A stretch of DNA of 64,000 nucleotides from Auanema rhodensis. Taxonomy: Eukaryota; Animalia; Nematoda. The notes beneath the pieces are model-generated. The model saw only the letters and a list, made by a program, of their open reading frames with translations. It did not search any database and had not been told where the DNA came from. The position numbers and the translations under genes are program-made. Each line of letters opens with the position of its first letter. Position 1 is the first letter of the stretch. Location: contig OZ059894.1 in the NCBI GenBank assembly GCA_964057225.1, positions 24,490,001 through 24,554,000 on the forward strand, in the 5' to 3' direction. Of this stretch, positions 27,457 to 41,200 are shown in pieces.

Positions 27457-30400
27457 CCATATTAGTCTAGAAACAAATTTTTATTGATCTTGGTGCATGG
27501 TAACCATGACTTTGAAATTTACGTGAACTTTAATTTATGCTAATTAAATGTACACGTGATGTGCCCTTGGTATGTAACTCGCTTCACGTGAAAGATAAAG
27601 AGATGCGGTTTTCAAAATTAGATTCCCCATGTCCATATTAGTCTAAAAACAAATTTTTATTGATATTGGTGCATGGTAACCATGACTTTGAAATTTACGT
27701 GAACTTTAATTTATGCTAATTAAATGTACACGTGATGTGCACTTGGTATGTAACTCGCTTCACGTGAAAGATAAAGAGATGCGGTTTTCAAAATTAAATT
27801 TCCCATGTCCATATCAGTCTAAAAACAAATTTTTATTGATATTGGTGCATGGTAACCATGACTTTGGAATTTACGTGAACTTTAATTTATGCTAATTAAA
27901 TGTACACGTGATGTGCACTTGGTATGTAACTCGCTTCACGTGAAAGATAAAGAGATGCGGTTTTCAAAATTAGATTCCCCATGTCCATATTAGTCTAAAA
28001 ACAAATTTTTATTGATATTGGTTCATGGTAACCATGACTTTGAAATTTACGTGAACTTTAATTTATGCTAATTAAATGTACACGTGATGTGCACTTGGTA
28101 TGTAACTCGCTTCACGTGAAAGATAAAGAGATGCGGTTTTCAAAATTAGATTCCCCATGTCCATATTAGTCTAAAAACAAATTTTTATTGATATTGGTTC
28201 ATGGTAACCATGACTTTGAAATTTACGTGAACTTTAATTTATGCTAATTAAATGTACACGTGATGTGCACTTGGTATGTAACTCGCTTCACGTGAAAGAT
28301 AAAGAGATGCGGTTTTCAAAATTAGATTCCCCATGTCCATATTAGTCTAAAAACAAATTTTTATTGATATTGGTGCATGGTAACCATGACTTTGAAATTT
28401 ACGTGAACTTTAATTTATGCTAATTAAATGTACACGTGATGTGCACTTGGTATGTAACTCGCTTCACGTGAAAGATAAAGAGATGCGGTTTTCAAAATTA
28501 GATTCCCCATGTCCATATTAGTCTAAAAACAAATTTTTATTGATATTGGTTCATGGTAACCATGACTTTGAAATTTACGTGAACTTCAATTTATGCTAAT
28601 TAAATGTACACGTGATGTGCACTTGGTATGTAACTCGCTTCACGTGAAAGATGAAGAGATGCGGTTTTCAAAATTAGATTCCCTATGTCCATATTAGTCT
28701 AAAAACAAATTTTTATTGATATTGGTGCATGGTAACCATGACTTTGAAATTTACGTGAACTTTAATTTATGCTAATTAAATGTACACGTAATGTGCACTT
28801 GGTATGTAACTCGCTTCACGTGAAAGATAAAGAGATGCGGTTTTCAAAATTAGATTCCCCATGTCCATATTAGTCTAAAAACAAATTTTTATTGATATTG
28901 GTTCATGGTAACCATGATTTTGAAATTTACGTGAACTTTAATTTATGCTAATTAAATGTACACGTGATGTGCACTTGGTATGTAACTCGCTTCACGTGAA
29001 AGATAAAGAGATGCGGTTTTCAAAATTAGATTCCCCATGTCCATATTAGTCTAAAAACAAATTTTTATTGATATTGGTGCATGGTAACCATGACTTTGAA
29101 ATTTACGTGAACTTTAATTTATGCTAATTAAATGTACACGTGATGGGCACTTGGTATGTAACTCGCTTCACGTGAAAGATAAAGAGATGCGGTTTTCAAA
29201 ATTAGATTCCCTATGTCCATATTAGTCTAAAAACAAATTTTTATTGATATTGGTTCATGGTAACCATGACTTTGAAATTTACGTGAACTTTAATTTATGC
29301 TAATTAAATGTACACGTGATGTGCACTTGGTATGTAACTCGCTTCACGTGAAAGATAAAGAGATGCGGTTTTCAAAATTAGATTCCCCATGTCCATATTA
29401 GTCTAAAAACAAATTTTTATTGATATTGGTGCATGGTAACCATGACTTTGAAATTTACGTGAACTTTAATTTATGCTAATTAAATGTACACGTGATGTGC
29501 ACTTGGTATGTAACTCGCTTCACGTGAAAGATAAAGAGATGCGGTTTTCAAAATTAGATTCCCCATGTCCATATTAGTCTAAAAACAAATTTTTATTGAT
29601 ATTGGTGCATGGTAACCATGACTTTGAAATTTACGTGAACTTTAATTTATGCTAATTAAATGTACACGTGATGTGCACTTGGTATGTAACTCGCTTCACG
29701 TGAAAGATAAAGAGATGCGGTTTTCAAAATTAAATTTCCCATGTCCATATTAGTCTAAAAACAAATTTTTATTGATATTGGTGCATGGTAACCATGACTT
29801 TGAAATTTACGTGAACTTTAATTTATGCTAATTAAATGTACACGTGATGTGCACTTGGTATGTATCTCGCTTCACGTGAAAGATAAAGAGATGCGGTTTT
29901 CAAAATTAGATTCCCCATGTCCATATTAGTCTAAAAACAAATTTTTATTGATATTGGTTCATGGTAACCATGACTTTGAAATTTACGTGAACTTTAATTT
30001 ATGCTAATTAAATGTACACGTGATGTGCACTTGGTATGTAACTCGCTTCACGTGAAAGATAAAGAGATGCGGTTTTCAAAATTAGATTCCCCATGTCCAT
30101 ATTAGTCTAAAAACAAATTTTTATTGATATTGGTTCATGGTAACCATGACTTTGAAATTTACGTGAACTTTAATTTATGCTAATTAAATGTACACGTGAT
30201 GTGCACTTGGTATGTAACTCGCTTCACGTGAAAGATAAAGAGATGCGGTTTTCAAAATTAGATTCCCCATGTCCATATTAGTCTAAAAACAAATTTTTAT
30301 TGATATTGGTGCATGGTAACCATGACTTTGAAATTTACGTGAACTTTAATTTATGCTAATTAAATGTACACGTGATGTGCACTTGGTATGTAACTCGCTT

Positions 30401-33060
30401 CACGTGAAAGATAAAGAGATGCGGTTTTCAAAATTAGATTCCCCATGTCCATATTAGTCTAAAAACAAATTTTTATTGATATTGGTTCATGGTAACCATG
30501 ACTTTGAAATTTACGTGAACTTTAATTTATGCTAATTAAATGTACACGTGATGTGCACTTGGTATGTAACTCGCTTCACGTGAAAGATAAAGAGATGCGG
30601 TTTTCAAAATTAGATTCCCCATGTCCATATTAGTCTAAAAACAAATTTTTATTGATATTGGTGCATGGTAACCATGACTTTGAAATTTACGTGAACTTTA
30701 ATTTATGCTAATTAAATGTACACGTGATGTGCACTTGGTATGTAACTCGCTTCACGTGAAAGATAAAGAGATGCGGTTTTCAAAATTAGATTCCCCATGT
30801 CCATATTAGTCTAAAAACAAATTTTTATTGATATTGGTTCATGGTAACCATGACTTTGAAATTTACGTGAACTTCAATTTATGCTAATTAAATGTACACG
30901 TGATGTGCACTTGGTATGTAACTCGCTTCACGTGAAAGATAAAGAGATGCGGTTTTCAAAATTAGATTCCCCATGTCCATATTAGTCTAAAAACAAATTT
31001 TTATTGATATTGGTTCATGGTAACCATGATTTTGAAATTTACGTGAACTTTAATTTATGCTAATTAAATGTACACGTGATGTGCACTTGATATGTAACTC
31101 GCTTCACGTGAAAGATAAAAAGATGCGGTTTTCAAAATTAGATTCCCCATGTCCATATTAGTCTAAAAACAAATTTTTATTGATATTGGTGCATGGTAAC
31201 CATGACTTTGAAATTTACGTGAACTTTAATTTATGCTAATTAAATGTACACGTGATGTGCACTTGGTATGTAACTCGCTTCACGTGAAAGATAAAGAGAT
31301 GCGGTTTTCAAAATTAGATTCCCCATGTCCATATTAGTCTAAAAACAAATTTTTATTGATATTGGTGCATGGTAACCATGACTTTGAAATTTACGTGAAC
31401 TTTAATTTATGCTAATTAAATGTACACGTGATGTGCACTTGGTATGTAACTCGCTTCACGTGAAAGATAAAGAGATGCGGTTTTCAAAATTAGATTCCCC
31501 ATGTCCATATTAGTCTAAAAACAAATTTTTATTGATATTGGTGCATGGTAACCATGACTTTGAAATTTACGTGAACTTTAATTTATGCTAATTAAATGTA
31601 CACGTGATGTGCACTTGGTATGTAACTCGCTTCACGTGAAAGATAAAGAGATGCGGTTTTCAAAATTAAATTTCCCATGTCCATATTAGTCTAAAAACAA
31701 ATTTTTATTGATATTGGTGCATGGTAACCATGACTTTGAAATTTACGTGAACTTTAATTTATGCTAATTAAATGTACACGTGATGTGCACTTGGTATGTA
31801 ACTCGCTTCACGTGAAAGATAAAGAGATGCGGTTTTCAAAATTAGATTCCCCATGTCCATATTAGTCTAAAAACAAATTTTTATTGATATTGGTTCATGG
31901 TAACCATGACTTTGAAATTTACGTGAACTTTAATTTATGCTAATTAAATGTACACGTGATGTGCACTTGGTATGTAACTCGCTTCACGTGAAAGATAAAG
32001 AGATGCGGTTTTCAAAATTAGATTCCCCATGTCCATATTAGTCTAAAAACAAATTTTTATTGATATTGGTGCATGGTAACCATGACTTTGAAATTTACGT
32101 GAACTTTAATTTATGCTAATTAAATGTACACGTGATGTGCACTTGGTATGTAACTCGCTTCACGTGAAAGATAAAGAGATGCGGTTTTCAAAATTAGATT
32201 CCCCATGTCCATATTAGTCTAAAAACAAATTTTTATTGATATTGGTTCATGGTAACCATGACTTTGAAATTTACGTGAACTTCAATTTATGCTAATTAAA
32301 TGTACACGTGATGTGCACTTGGTATGTAACTCGCTTCACGTGAAAGATGAAGAGATGCGGTTTTCAAAATTAGATTCCCTATGTCCATATTAGTCTCAAA
32401 ACAAATTTTTATTGATATTGGTTCATGGTAACCATGACTTTGAAATTTACGTGAACTTTAATTTATGCTAATTAAATGTACACGTGATGTGCACTTGGTA
32501 TGTAACTCGCTTCACGTGAAAGATAAAGAGATGCGGTTTTCAAAATTAGATTCCCCATGTCCATATTAGTTCATGGTAACCATGACTTTGAAATTTACGT
32601 GAACTTTAATTTATGCTAATTAAATGTACACGTGATGTGCACTTGGTATGTAACTCGCTTCACGTGAAAGATAAAGAGATGCGGTTTTCAAAATTAGATT
32701 CCCCATGTCCATATTAGTCTAAAAACAAATTTTTATTGATATTGGTGCATGGTAACCATGACTTTGAAATTTACGTGAACTTTAATTTATGCTAATTAAA
32801 TGTACACGTGATGTGCACTTGGTATGTAACTCGCTTCACGTGAAAGATAAAAAGATGCGGTTTTCAAAATTAAATTTCCCATGTCCATATTAGTCTAAAA
32901 ACAAATTTTTATTGATATTGGTGCATGGTAACCATGACTTTGAAATTTACGTGAACTTTAATTTATGCTAATTAAATGTACACGTGATGTGCACTTGGTA
33001 TGTAACTCGCTTCACGTGAAAGATAAAGAGATGCGGTTTTCAAAATTAGATTCCCCATGT
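27457..33060. repeat. Domain C: near-consensus monomers with many singleton variants and a decayed 11-monomer periodicity
   Basis: Linked G165A+C169T (AAATTAAATTTCCC) at 27797, 29733, 31669, 32873; spacings 1936, 1936 and 1204 bp. Confidence 0.7.
32561..32708. repeat. Truncated 148-bp monomer (28-bp internal deletion)
   Basis: Sequence reads CCATATTAGT|TCATGGTAAC, so monomer positions 11-38 are absent. The next monomer starts at 32709. Confidence 0.97.
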
Positions 33061-33104
33061 CCATATTAGTCTAAAAACAAATTTTTATTGATATTGGTTC
33101 ATGG

Positions 33105-35216
33105 TAACCATGATTTTGAAATTTACGTGAACTTTAATTTATGCTAATTAAATGTACACGTGATGTGCACTTGGTATGTAACTCGCTTCACGTGAAAGAT
33201 AAAGAGATGCGGTTTTCAAAATTAGATTCCCCATGTCCATATTAGTCTAAAAACAAATTTTTATTGATATTGGTGCATGGTAACCATGACTTTGAAATTT
33301 ACGTGAACTTTAATTTATGCTAATTAAATGTACACGTGATGGGCACTTGGTATGTAACTCGCTTCACGTGAAAGATAAAGAGATGCGGTTTTCAAAATTA
33401 GATTCCCCATGTCCATATTAGTCTAAAAACAAATTTTTATTGATATTGGTGCATGGTAACCATGACTTTGAAATTTACGTGAATTTTAATTTATGCTAAT
33501 TAAATGTACACGTGATGTGCACTTGGTATGTAACTAGCTTCACGTGAAAGATAAAGAGATGCGGTTTTCAAAATTAGATTCCCCATGTCCATATTAGTCT
33601 AAAAACAAATTTTTATTGATATTGGTGCATGGTAACCATGACTTTGAAATTTACGTGAACTTCAATTTATGCTAATTAAATGTACACGTGATGTGCACTT
33701 GGTATGTAACTAGCTTCACGTGAAAGATAAAGAGATGCGGTTTTCAAAATTAGATTCCCCATGTCCATATTAGTCTAAAAACAAATTTTTATTGATATTG
33801 GTGCATGGTAACCATGACTTTGAAATTTACGTGAACTTCAATTTATGCTAATTAAATGTACACGTGATGTGCACTTGGTATGTAACTCGCTTCACGTGAA
33901 AGATAAAGAGATGCGGTTTTCAAAATTAGATTCCCCATGTCCATATTAGTCTAAAAACAAATTTTTATTGATATTGGTGCATGGTAACCATGACTTTGAA
34001 ATTTACGTGAACTTTAATTTATGCTAATTAAATGTACACGTGATGTGCACTTGGTATGTAACTCGCTTCACGTGAAAGATAAAGAGATGCGGTTTTCAAA
34101 ATTAGATTCCCCATGTCCATATTAGTCTAAAAACAAATTTTTATTGATATTGGTTCATGATAACCATGATTTTGAAATTTACGTGAACTTTAATTTATGC
34201 TAATTAAATGTACACGTGATGTGCACTTGGTATGTAACTCGCTTCACGTGAAAGATAAAGAGATGCGGTTTTCAAAATTAGATTCCCCATGTCCATATTA
34301 GTCTAAAAACAAATTTTTATTGATATTGGTGCATGGTAACCATGACTTTGAAATTTACGTGAACTTTAATTTATGCTAATTAAATGTACACGTGATGGGC
34401 ACTTGGTATGTAACTCGCTTCACGTGAAAGATAAAGAGATGCGGTTTTCAAAATTAGATTCCCCATGTCCATATTAGTCTAAAAACAAATTTTTATTGAT
34501 ATTGGTGCATGGTAACCATGACTTTGAAATTTACGTGAATTTTAATTTATGCTAATTAAATGTACACGTGATGTGCACTTGGTATGTAACTAGCTTCACG
34601 TGAAAGATAAAGAGATGCGGTTTTCAAAATTAGATTCCCCATGTCCATATTAGTCTAAAAACAAATTTTTATTGATATTGGTGCATGGTAACCATGACTT
34701 TGAAATTTACGTGAACTTCAATTTATGCTAATTAAATGTACACGTGATGTGCACTTGGTATGTAACTAGCTTCACGTGAAAGATAAAGAGATGCGGTTTT
34801 CAAAATTAGATTCCCCATGTCCATATTAGTCTAAAAACAAATTTTTATTGATATTGGTGCATGGTAACCATGACTTTGAAATTTACGTGAACTTCAATTT
34901 ATGCTAATTAAATGTACACGTGATGTGCACTTGGTATGTAACTCGCTTCACGTGAAAGATAAAGAGATGCGGTTTTCAAAATTAGATTCCCCATGTCCAT
35001 ATTAGTCTAAAAACAAATTTTTATTGATATTGGTGCATGGTAACCATGACTTTGAAATTTACGTGAACTTTAATTTATGCTAATTAAATGTACACGTGAT
35101 GTGCACTTGGTATGTAACTCGCTTCACGTGAAAGATAAAGAGATGCGGTTTTCAAAATTAGATTCCCCATGTCCATATTAGTCTAAAAACAAATTTTTAT
35201 TGATATTGGTTCATGA
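33105..35216. repeat. Tandem duplication of a 6-monomer (1056-bp) block
   Basis: The same variant order (C54T; T106G; C72T+C124A; T75C+C124A; T75C; consensus; G44A) occurs twice at a 1056-bp offset. Confidence 0.9.
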
Positions 35217-38200
35217 TAACCATGACTTTGAAATTTACGTGAACTTTAATTTATGCTAATTAAATGTACACTTGATGTGCACTTGGTATGTAACTAGCTT
35301 CACGTGAAAGATAAAGAGATGCGGTTTTCAAAATTAGATTCCCCATGTCCATATTAGTCTAAAAACAAATTTTTATTGATATTGGTGCATGGTAACCATG
35401 ACTTTGAAATTTACGTGAACTTCAATTTATGCTAATTAAATGTACACGTGATGTGCACTTGGTATGTAACTCGCTTCACGTGAAAGATAAAGTGATGCGG
35501 TTTTCAAAATTAGATTCCCCATGTCCATATTAGTCTAAAAACAAATTTTTATTGATATTGGTGCATGGTAACCATGACTTTGAAATTTACGTGAACTTTA
35601 ATTTATGCTAATTAAATGTACACGTGATGTGCACTTGGTATGTAACTCGCTTCACGTGAAAGATAAAGAGATGCGGTTTGCAAAATTAGATTCCCCATGT
35701 CCATATTAGTCTAAAAACAAATTTTTATTGATATTGGTTCATGGTAACCATGACTTTGAAATTTACGTGAACTTTAATTTATGCTAATTAAATGTACACG
35801 TGATGTGCACTTGGAATGTAACTCGCTTCACGTGAAAGATAAAGAGATGCGGTTTTCAAAATTAGATTCCCCATGTCCATATTAGTCTAAAAACAAATTT
35901 TTATTGATATTGGTTAATGGTAACCATGACTTTGAAATTTACGTGAACTTTAATTTATGCTAATTAAATGTACACGTGATGTGCACTTGGTATGTAACTC
36001 GCTTCACGTGAAAGATAAAGAGATGCGGTTTGCAAAATTAGATTCCCCATGTCCATATTAGTCTAAAAACAAATTTTTATTGATATTGGTTCATGGTAAC
36101 CATGACTTTGAAATTTACGTGAACTTTAATTTATGCTAATTAAATGTACACGTGATGTGCACTTGGTATGTAACTCGCTTCACGTGAAAGATAAAGAGAT
36201 GCGGTTTTCAAAATTAGATTCCCCATGTCCATATTAGTCTAAAAACAAATTTTTATTGATATTGGTTCATGATAACCATGACTTTGAAATTTACGTGAAC
36301 TTTAATTTATGCTAATTAAATGTACACTTGATGTGCACTTGGTATGTAACTCGCTTCACGTGTAAGATAAAGAGATGCGGTTTTCAAAATTAGATTCCCC
36401 ATGTCCATATTAGTCTAAAAACAAATTTTTATTGATATTGGTGCATGGTAACCATGACTTTCAAATTTACGTGAATTTTAATTTTTGCTAATTAAATGTA
36501 CACGTGATGTGCACTTGGTATGTAACTAGCTTCACGTGAAAGATAAAGAGATGCGGTTTTCAAAATTAGATTCCCCATGTCCATATTAGTCTAAAAACAA
36601 ATTTTTATTGATATTGGTGAATGGTAACCATGACTTTGAAATTTACGTGAACTTTAATTTATGCTAAATAAATGTACACGTGATGTGCACTTGGTATGTA
36701 ACTCGCTTCACGTGAAAGATAAAGTGATGCGGTTTTCAAAATTAGATTCCCCATGTCCATATTAGTCTAAAAACAAATTTTTATTGATATTGGTTCATGG
36801 TAACCATGACTTTGAAATTTACGTGAACTTTAATTTATGCTAATTAAATGTACACGTGATGTGCACTTGGTATGTATTTCGCTTCACGTGAAAGATAAAG
36901 AGATGCGGTTTTCAAAATTAGATTCCCCATGTCCATATTAGTCTAAAAACAAATTGTTATTGATATTGGTGCATGGTAACCATGACTTTGAAATTTACGT
37001 GAATTTTAATTTTTGCTAATTAAATGTACACGTGATGTGCACTTGGTATGTAACTAGCTTCACGTGAAAGATAAAGAGATGCGGTTTTCAAAATTAGATT
37101 CCCCATGTCCATATTAGTCTAAAAACAAATTTTTATTGATATTGGTTCATGGTAACCATGACTTTGAAATTTACGTGAACTTTAATTTATGCTAATTAAA
37201 TGTACACGTGATGTGCACTTGGTATGTATTTCGCTTCACGTGAAAGATAAAGAGATGCGGTTTTCAAAATTAGATTCCCCATGTCCATATTAGTCTAAAA
37301 ACAAATTTTTATTGATATTGGTTCATGATAACCATGACTTTGAAATTTACGTGAACTTTAATTTATGCTAATTAAATGTACACTTGATGTGCACTTGGTA
37401 TGTAACTCGCTTCACGTGTAAGATAAAGAGATGCGGTTTTCAAAATTAGATTCCCCATGTCCATATTAGTCTAAAAACAAATTTTTATTGATATTGGTTC
37501 ATGGTAACCGTGACTTTGAAATTTACGTGAACTTTAATTTATGCTAATTAAATGTACACGTGATGTGCACTTGGTATGTATTTCGCTTCACGTGAAAGAT
37601 AAAGAGATGCGGTTTTCAAAATTAGATTCCCCATGTCCATATTAGTCTAAAAACAAATTGTTATTGATATGGGTGCATGGTAACCATGACTTTGAAATTT
37701 ACGTGAACTTTAATTTATGCTAAATAAATGTACACGTGATGTGCACTTGGTATGTAACTCGCTTCACGTGAAAGATAAAGTGATGCGGTTTTCAAAATTA
37801 GATTCCCCATGTCCATATTAGTCTAAAAACAAATTTTTATTGATATTGGTTCATGGTAACCATGACTTTGAAATTTACGTGAACTTTAATTTATGCTAAT
37901 TAAATGTACACGTGATGTGCACTTGGTATGTATTTCGCTTCACGTGAAAGATAAAGAGATGCGGTTTTCAAAATTAGATTCCCCATGTCCATATTAGTCT
38001 AAAAACAAATTGTTATTGATATTGGTGCATGGTAACCATGACTTTGAAATTTACGTGAACTTTAATTTATGCTAATTAAATGTACACGTGATGTGCACTT
38101 GGTATGTAACTCGCTTCACGTGAAAGATAAAGAGATGCGGTTTTCAAAATTAGATTCCCCATGTCCATATTAGTCTAAAAACAAATTTTTATTGATATTG

Positions 38201-41200
38201 GTGCATGGTAACCATGACTTTGAAATTTACGTGAACTTTAATTTATGCTAAATAAATGTACACGTGATGTGCACTTGGTATGTAACTCGCTTCACGTGAA
38301 AGATAAAGTGATGCGGTTTTCAAAATTAGATTCCCCATGTCCATATTAGTCTAAAAACAAATTTTTATTGATATTGGTGCATGGTAACCATGACTTTGAA
38401 ATTTACGTGAACTTTAATTTATGCTAATTAAATGTACACGTGATGTGCACTTGGTATGTAACTTGCTTCACGTGAAAGATAAAGAGATGCGGTTTTCAAA
38501 ATTAGATTTCCCATGTCCATATTAGTCTAAAAACAAATTTTTATTGATATTGGTTCATGGTAACCGTGACTTTGAAATTTACGTGAACTTTAATTTATGC
38601 TAATTAAATGTACACGTGATGTGCACTTGGTATGTATTTCGCTTCACGTGAAAGATAAAGAGATGCGGTTTTCAAAATTAGATTCCCCATGTCCATATTA
38701 GTCTAAAAACAAATTGTTATTGATATGGGTGCATGGTAACCATGACTTTGAAATTTACGTGAACTTTAATTTATGCTAATTAAATGTACACGTGATGTGC
38801 ACTTGGTATGTAACTCGCTTCACGTGAAAGATAAAGAGATGCGGTTTTCAAAATTAGATTCCCCATGTCCATATTAGTCTAAAAACAAATTTTTATTGAT
38901 ATTGGTGCATGGTAACCATGACTTTGAAATTTACGTGAACTTTAATTTATGCTAAATAAATGTACACGTGATGTGCACTTGGTATGTAACTCGCTTCACG
39001 TGAAAGATAAAGTGATGCGGTTTTCAAAATTAGATTCCCCATGTCCATATTAGTCTAAAAACAAATTTTTATTGATATTGGTTAATAGTAACCATGACTT
39101 TGAAATTTACGTGAACTTTAATTTATGCTAATTAAATGTACACATGATGTGCACTTGGTATGTATTTCGCTTCACGTGAAAGATAAAGAGATGCGGTTTT
39201 CAAAATTAGATTCCCCATGTCCATATTAGTCTAAAAACAAATTTTTATTGATATTGGTTCATGGTAACCATGACTTTGAAATTTACGTAAACTTTAATTT
39301 ATGCTAATTAAATGTACACGTGATGTGCACTTGGTATGTAACTCGCTTCACGTGAAAGATAAAGTGATGCGGTTTTCAAAATTAGATTCCCCATGTCCAT
39401 ATTAGTCTAAAAACAAATTTTTATTGATATTGGTGCATGGTAACCATGACTTTGAAATTTACGTGAACTTTAATTTATGCTAATTAAATGTACACATGAT
39501 GTGCACTTGGTATGTAACTCGCTTCACGTGAAAGATAAAGAGATGCGGTTTTCAAAATTAGATTCCCCATGTCCATATTAGTCTAAAAACAAATTTTTAT
39601 TGATATTGGTGCATGGTAACCATGACTTTGAAATTTACGTGAACTTTAATTTATGCTAAATAAATGTACACGTGATGTGCACTTGGTATGTAACTCGCTT
39701 CACGTGAAAGATAAAGTGATGCGGTTTTCAAAATTAGATTCCCCATGTCCATATTAGTCTAAAAACAAATTTTTATTGATATTGGTGCATGGTAACCATG
39801 ACTTTGAAATTTACGTGAACTTTAATTTATGCTAATTAAATGTACACGTGATGTGCACTTGGTATGTAACTTGCTTCACGTGAAAGATAAAGAGATGCGG
39901 TTTTCAAAATTAGATTTCCCATGTCCATATTAGTCTAAAAACAAATTTTTATTGATATTGGTTCATGGTAACCATGACTTTGAAATTTACGTGAACTTCA
40001 ATTTATGCTAATTAAATGTACACGTGATGTGCACTTGGTATGTATTTCGCTTCACGTGAAAGATAAAGAGATGCGGTTTTCAAAATTAGATTCCCCATGT
40101 CCATATTAGTCTAAAAACAAATTGTTATTGATATGGGTGCATGGTAACCGTGACTTTGAAATTTACGTGAACTTTAATTTATGCTAATTAAATGTACACG
40201 TGATGTGCACTTGGTATGTAACTCGCTTCACGTGTAAGATAAAGAGATGCGGTTTTCAAAATTAGATTCCCCATGTCCATATTAGTCTAAAAACAAATTT
40301 TTATTGATATTGGTTCATGATAACCATGACTTTGAAATTTACGTGAACTTTAATTTATGCTAATTAAATGTACACGTGATGTGCACTTGGTATGTAACTC
40401 GCTTCACGTGAAAGATAAAGAGATGCGGTTTTCAAAATTAGATTCCCCATGTCCATATTAGTCTAAAAACAAATTTTTATTGATATTGGTTCATGATAAC
40501 CATGACTTTGAAATTTACGTGAACTTTAATTTATGCTAATTAAATGTACACTTGATGTGCACTTGGTATGTAACTCGCTTCACGTGTAAGATAAAGAGAT
40601 GCGGTTTTCAAAATTAGATTCCCCATGTCCATATTAGTCTAAAAACAAATTTTTATTGATATTGGTGCATGGTAACCATGACTTTGAAATTTACGTGAAT
40701 TTTAATTTTTGCTAATTAAATGTACACGTGATGTGCACTTGGTATGTAACTAGCTTCACGTGAAAGATAAAGAGATGCGGTTTTCAAAATTAGATTCCCC
40801 ATGTCCATATTAGTCTAAAAACAAATTTTTATTGATATTGGTGAATGGTAACCATGACTTTGAAATTTACGTGAACTTTAATTTATGCTAAATAAATGTA
40901 CACGTGATGTGCACTTGGTATGTAACTCGCTTCACGTGAAAGATAAAGTGATGCGGTTTTCAAAATTAGATTCCCCATGTCCATATTAGTCTAAAAACAA
41001 ATTTTTATTGATATTGGTTCATGGTAACCATGACTTTGAAATTTACGTGAACTTTAATTTATGCTAATTAAATGTACACGTGATGTGCACTTGGTATGTA
41101 TTTCGCTTCACGTGAAAGATAAAGAGATGCGGTTTTCAAAATTAGATTCCCCATGTCCATATTAGTCTAAAAACAAATTGTTATTGATATTGGTGCATGG

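Noticed and set aside
27713-27895. 60-aa ORF as a real CDS
   Set aside because: It lies entirely within satellite sequence and is created by one TAG>CAG change at 27815. It has no recognisable domain and no gene context.
36877-36893. CENP-B box-like motif in AC121-122TT monomers (TTTCGCTTCACGTGAAA)
   Set aside because: It matches only 6 of the 9 essential positions of NTTCGNNNNANNCGGGN; the CGGG half is missing.
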